Origin: Turneriella sp.
Lineage (GTDB): Bacteria > Spirochaetota > Leptospiria > Turneriellales > Turneriellaceae
DNA length: 64,000 bases
Assembly: GCA_965279515.1 (NCBI GenBank)
Contig: CBDIID010000003.1
Location: 1,888,001 to 1,952,000 of the forward strand
Direction of reading: 5' to 3'
Position numbers and translations under genes: made by a program. Each line of letters opens with the position of its first letter. Position 1 is the stretch's first letter. Of the stretch, positions 60,830-64,000 are shown piece by piece. The notes beneath the pieces were generated by a model that saw only the letters and a program-made list of their open reading frames with translations, had not been told where the DNA came from and made no database searches.

Positions 60830-60880
60830 TGCATGAAGTCCGGACATGAGGTGTTCGGTTAATTGTATCATACCCTTCAC

Positions 60881-60964
60881 AACGATAACGCAGATATGCC
60901 AGACCATGTGATGATACGACAAAGACCTCCAGGCGCAAAACAGAGTCCCCACGGTATTGGCTGC
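60881..60964 (-). pseudogene. Fragment of a haemolysin-III (PAQR-family) C-terminus
   Basis: AANTVGTLFCAWRSLSYHHMVWHICVIV resembles the family motif YTVG..FY....PY.H.IWH.FV. Confidence 0.55.
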
Positions 60965-61127
60965 GGCCTTGGCACGAACGGATTTACGGTTTTTTTGACG
61001 GGTTGGCACTTAAGTAGGATGCATTTGCTTTGAAATTGTTTCCAAAAAATCTCACGCAGCGTTTATTTTGTCCATGGTCTTAGGCCATATCACTTTACAG
61101 TCACCGGCTGGCGCGTAGGCCGCGCTC

Positions 61128-62633
61128 ATGCATCAGAACTACTTTCGCAACTGCTACATCGCTATGTCGCTCGTCAGCTTTATGGCAAATGCGATTGTCG
61201 TCACCTCGATTACCTGGCTCAGCGGATTTTTCATCGCACCAGAGCAACGCTATCTTGCAAAAATTTTCGATTCCGATCTTACAGTACTGTTTTGTTCGCG
61301 TATTCTTCCGTTTGTCATTGTGATGCCGCTCATCGTATATAACCTCTCCCCGGGTTTTGCCACAGACTTCAAAGAACGCGTTATATCATCGGTGGCCTTG
61401 CAAAAACGCGTACTGCAGTTACCGATTCTCACGAGCATTTCGGCGACGCTGGGTTGGGTGATAGGAATTTTCTCTTTCGGAATCATCATTATTTTTTTCC
61501 GGCCTGGTACACCGTTGTCTTTTGTCTTCGACACCTTTGTATTTACCTGGGTTCTTGCTGCCATGGCGCTGTTGATATGCTATTATGCTCTCGAATTCAT
61601 CAATCGCCGCATGATACTTCCGCATATCAGTCAGCACATCAGCGCCGCGGCACTTAGAGGCACATTCAACCTCTCTATACGTATGCGACTGGCGATACAT
61701 CTGCTCGCCACGTTCGGCTTGCCGATGATTATTCTGGCACGCATTATTTTCTTCCTCGATGCGCATAAGCCCGCAGATTTCGCCTACCTTCAGGCACGCG
61801 ATCTCGTCATGTTACTCGGAATAATCGTAGCAACCGGCGTTGTGCTCACCTGGCTACAGAGTAAATTTATCAGCGCGCCCTTGCGTGAAATGCAGAATGC
61901 TACCGCTAGAATTCAGGCGGGTAATTTTTTGACAACCGTTTCCGTAACGTCAGGCGATGAAATCGGCACACTCGCGGCAGACATCAATTCGATGGCGCAG
62001 GGCCTGGCCGAACGCGAACAAATGCGCGAAACCTTCGGGCGTATTGTCGATCCCTCGGTACGTGATTATCTGCTGAAAGAAGGTCATCTCGAAGGGGAGC
62101 TCAGGCATGTCACGGTACTCTTCTGCGATCTTGCAGGCTTTACGACCTTTTCGGAAATACATGAACCCGCAGAGGTGGTCAACTTTCTCAACCGCTACTT
62201 TGCGCTCGGGCAGAAAACGGTCGCAGCGCATGGCGGTATCATCAACAAATTTATCGGCGACGCTTTCATGGCGCTCTTTAACGCACCCGCTCCGCTCGCT
62301 GCACATGCCGACGCCGCGATCGCTGCCGCTGAAGAGTTTCGTGCACGGTACCAGACCCTCGCGGGCACGCCTAAGCCTGGCATCCGCATCGGCATACACT
62401 CGGGCGCAGTGCTGGCCGGCCGTATTGGCAGCGATGAAAGGCAGGAATACACAGTCATCGGTGATACCGTCAACGTCGCTTCGCGCATCGAAGCGCTGGG
62501 CAAAAAGATCAGTGAGAATCTTTTATTCTCGGGAGAAACCGCCGCGCTACTCACGACGGAGAAACCATGGCGTCGAATCGGTCGTATCCGGCTGAGGGGT
62601 AAATCCGCCGAAACGGCCATATTTGCCCTGTAG
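61128..62633 (+). CDS. Membrane HAMP-domain adenylate cyclase
   Basis: 6 TM, DEIGTLA (HAMP), FCDLAGFT, KFIGDA, YTVIGDTVNVASRIE. Confidence 0.93.
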   Translation: MHQNYFRNCYIAMSLVSFMANAIVVTSITWLSGFFIAPEQRYLAKIFDSDLTVLFCSRILPFVIVMPLIVYNLSPGFATDFKERVISSVALQKRVLQLPILTSISATLGWVIGIFSFGIIIIFFRPGTPLSFVFDTFVFTWVLAAMALLICYYALEFINRRMILPHISQHISAAALRGTFNLSIRMRLAIHLLATFGLPMIILARIIFFLDAHKPADFAYLQARDLVMLLGIIVATGVVLTWLQSKFISAPLREMQNATARIQAGNFLTTVSVTSGDEIGTLAADINSMAQGLAEREQMRETFGRIVDPSVRDYLLKEGHLEGELRHVTVLFCDLAGFTTFSEIHEPAEVVNFLNRYFALGQKTVAAHGGIINKFIGDAFMALFNAPAPLAAHADAAIAAAEEFRARYQTLAGTPKPGIRIGIHSGAVLAGRIGSDERQEYTVIGDTVNVASRIEALGKKISENLLFSGETAALLTTEKPWRRIGRIRLRGKSAETAIFAL

Positions 62634-62889
62634 CCATATTGGTGTGAGTGCACTTTTTTTTGCTTTTTCGTCTGTGACAGCCTGGCCGGGCTTTGGCGAC
62701 CGGCAGCAGAGTGATTTTTCTACGGCACACTCTAGTGCACGGTATTAGGTGCGGTTGCGGCGAAGATCACCAACCTTATAAAATCGGCGGATAGATGCGG
62801 TATATGCGGATGTTTTACGAAAATCAACAGGATTGGTCGAAAACGCTCCACCCTCTGGAATCACAGACCTGCTGGCTCGCGGCTAAACG

Positions 62890-63999
62890 CTACTGCAACA
62901 CCATCGTCTGCAGCTGCGCCGCCCTCTGGTGTTCAGGGTCGAGCTCCAGCACACGACGGATATAGCCGCGCGCCTTCGCGCCCCGGCGCATCATGATGTT
63001 GAGTTCCGCCGCCACCAGCAAATATCTCAGCTCTTCACCTTCGCGCAGCACACAGCGCTCTGCCCATTGCAGAGCCAGTTTAATCTTTTTTTCGCGGCGC
63101 AGCGTCTGCGCAATATTGTAACAAACTTCCAGATCATGCGGATTCAGATCGTGCAGGCGCATATAAACCTCCACGGCTGCCGCAGTATCGCCGGCTGCCA
63201 CCAGCGCCGCGGCTTTTTCACGCAGCGCCTCTGTGTCAGGCGTTTCACCGGAAATCATGCCTGCGGCATCGGCCTGGAACTCGATTTTGAGCAGGGATAG
63301 GTCGTCCATAATCTCGCCCATACCCTCGACGCGTTCGAGAATTTTCTTCAAATCACCGCCTGTTTCACGCACGTGCTCCAGGAACAACTGTTCGTTCTCG
63401 TTGATGATATTTGAACCGTCGGGGTTGCGCCCCAAAATGACATCGTCTCGCCCGTCTGAGCCCATGACCAGCGTATCACCCGGCTGCAGCTGAAAGCAGT
63501 GGATCTTGAGCTTGCCCTTGATGCCGGGCGTGCCGAGTTTGCGCAGAATATTCGCATCAAGAAAATGCGCTTCGCCGTTGCGGTAAAGAGCGATACTGGG
63601 ATGTTCGGCGTTGATGTAGTACATCAGCCCCGACGTCTCATCGATGAGACCGATTACCATGGAAATCAACATCGAGCCCTCAAAACTCTCGAAGATGCGG
63701 TGGAGTTCGAGAAAGGTCGTGTGTAGCCAGGTCTCAGGGAAAACATCCGAAAGTTCTTTTGTCCAGCGCATGCGCTCGATCGTCGACTGGAAGACCGCAC
63801 CCAAAACCAGCGCTCCACCTGCCCCCTGCATCGATTTGCCCATCGCATCGGCATTGACGAACACGACATAGGGTTTATCCTTCAAAGTGATGGAAGCTGC
63901 CATGTTGATGTCGCCGCCGATTTCGGATTTCCAGCGGCGGAACTCGAAGGTCTTTTTCTGTTTAATGAGATATTCAATCTGGATGTTCTTACTGGTACT
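62890..63999 (-). CDS. SpoIIE/PP2C phosphatase with C-terminal TPR (5' part outside the window)
   Basis: Frame open to the window edge: QKKTFEF...EIGGD, NADAMGKSMQGAGG, GSDGRDD, DDLSL, then TPR-like helices. Confidence 0.9.
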   Translation of the reverse strand, partial: STSKNIQIEYLIKQKKTFEFRRWKSEIGGDINMAASITLKDKPYVVFVNADAMGKSMQGAGGALVLGAVFQSTIERMRWTKELSDVFPETWLHTTFLELHRIFESFEGSMLISMVIGLIDETSGLMYYINAEHPSIALYRNGEAHFLDANILRKLGTPGIKGKLKIHCFQLQPGDTLVMGSDGRDDVILGRNPDGSNIINENEQLFLEHVRETGGDLKKILERVEGMGEIMDDLSLLKIEFQADAAGMISGETPDTEALREKAAALVAAGDTAAAVEVYMRLHDLNPHDLEVCYNIAQTLRREKKIKLALQWAERCVLREGEELRYLLVAAELNIMMRRGAKARGYIRRVLELDPEHQRAAQLQTMVLQ

Positions 64000-64000
64000 G

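Noticed and set aside
62634..62889. Convergent intergenic region with two GTGCAC sites
   Set aside because: No convincing ORF, terminator or repeat could be supported.
1..64000. CRISPR array, tRNA/rRNA, transposase, integrase or prophage genes
   Set aside because: None recognised by eye in the sequence or the ORF track; short RNA genes could have been missed.

Overview
A 64-kb bacterial chromosomal window. Gene content (spirochaete-type lipoboxes, Leptospira-like SpoIIE and Omp85 proteins, long RodA, many class III cyclases) suggests a member of the Leptospiraceae, e.g. Turneriella-like; this is an inference. The housekeeping backbone includes thiG, a probable rpoZ, XPB helicase, tmk, cyclophilin, yebC, proS, apaG, mreC-mreD-mrdA-rodA, fmt, hemH and serC. 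It is interleaved with signalling genes (4 nucleotide cyclases, 3 histidine kinases, 2 PP2C phosphatases, 1 STAS protein), lipid enzymes and three PIN-type toxin-antitoxin (TA) pairs. Main observations: (1) two tandem TA pairs at 20354-22250 have the architecture of integron gene cassettes, with self-complementary cassette ends and long attC-like hairpins, but no integrase is in the window; (2) a palindromic repeat occurs both intergenically and in frame inside fmt, and a second palindrome-rich insert lies inside proS; (3) a TetR-associated accessory block at about 50.4-61 kb encodes an RND-TolC fusion with an internal signal-peptide-like linker and no adjacent adaptor, and is bounded by a decayed SDR gene and a haemolysin-III fragment. 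No rRNA, tRNA, CRISPR array, transposase or integrase was recognised. All product calls come from motif recognition by eye, not database searches.
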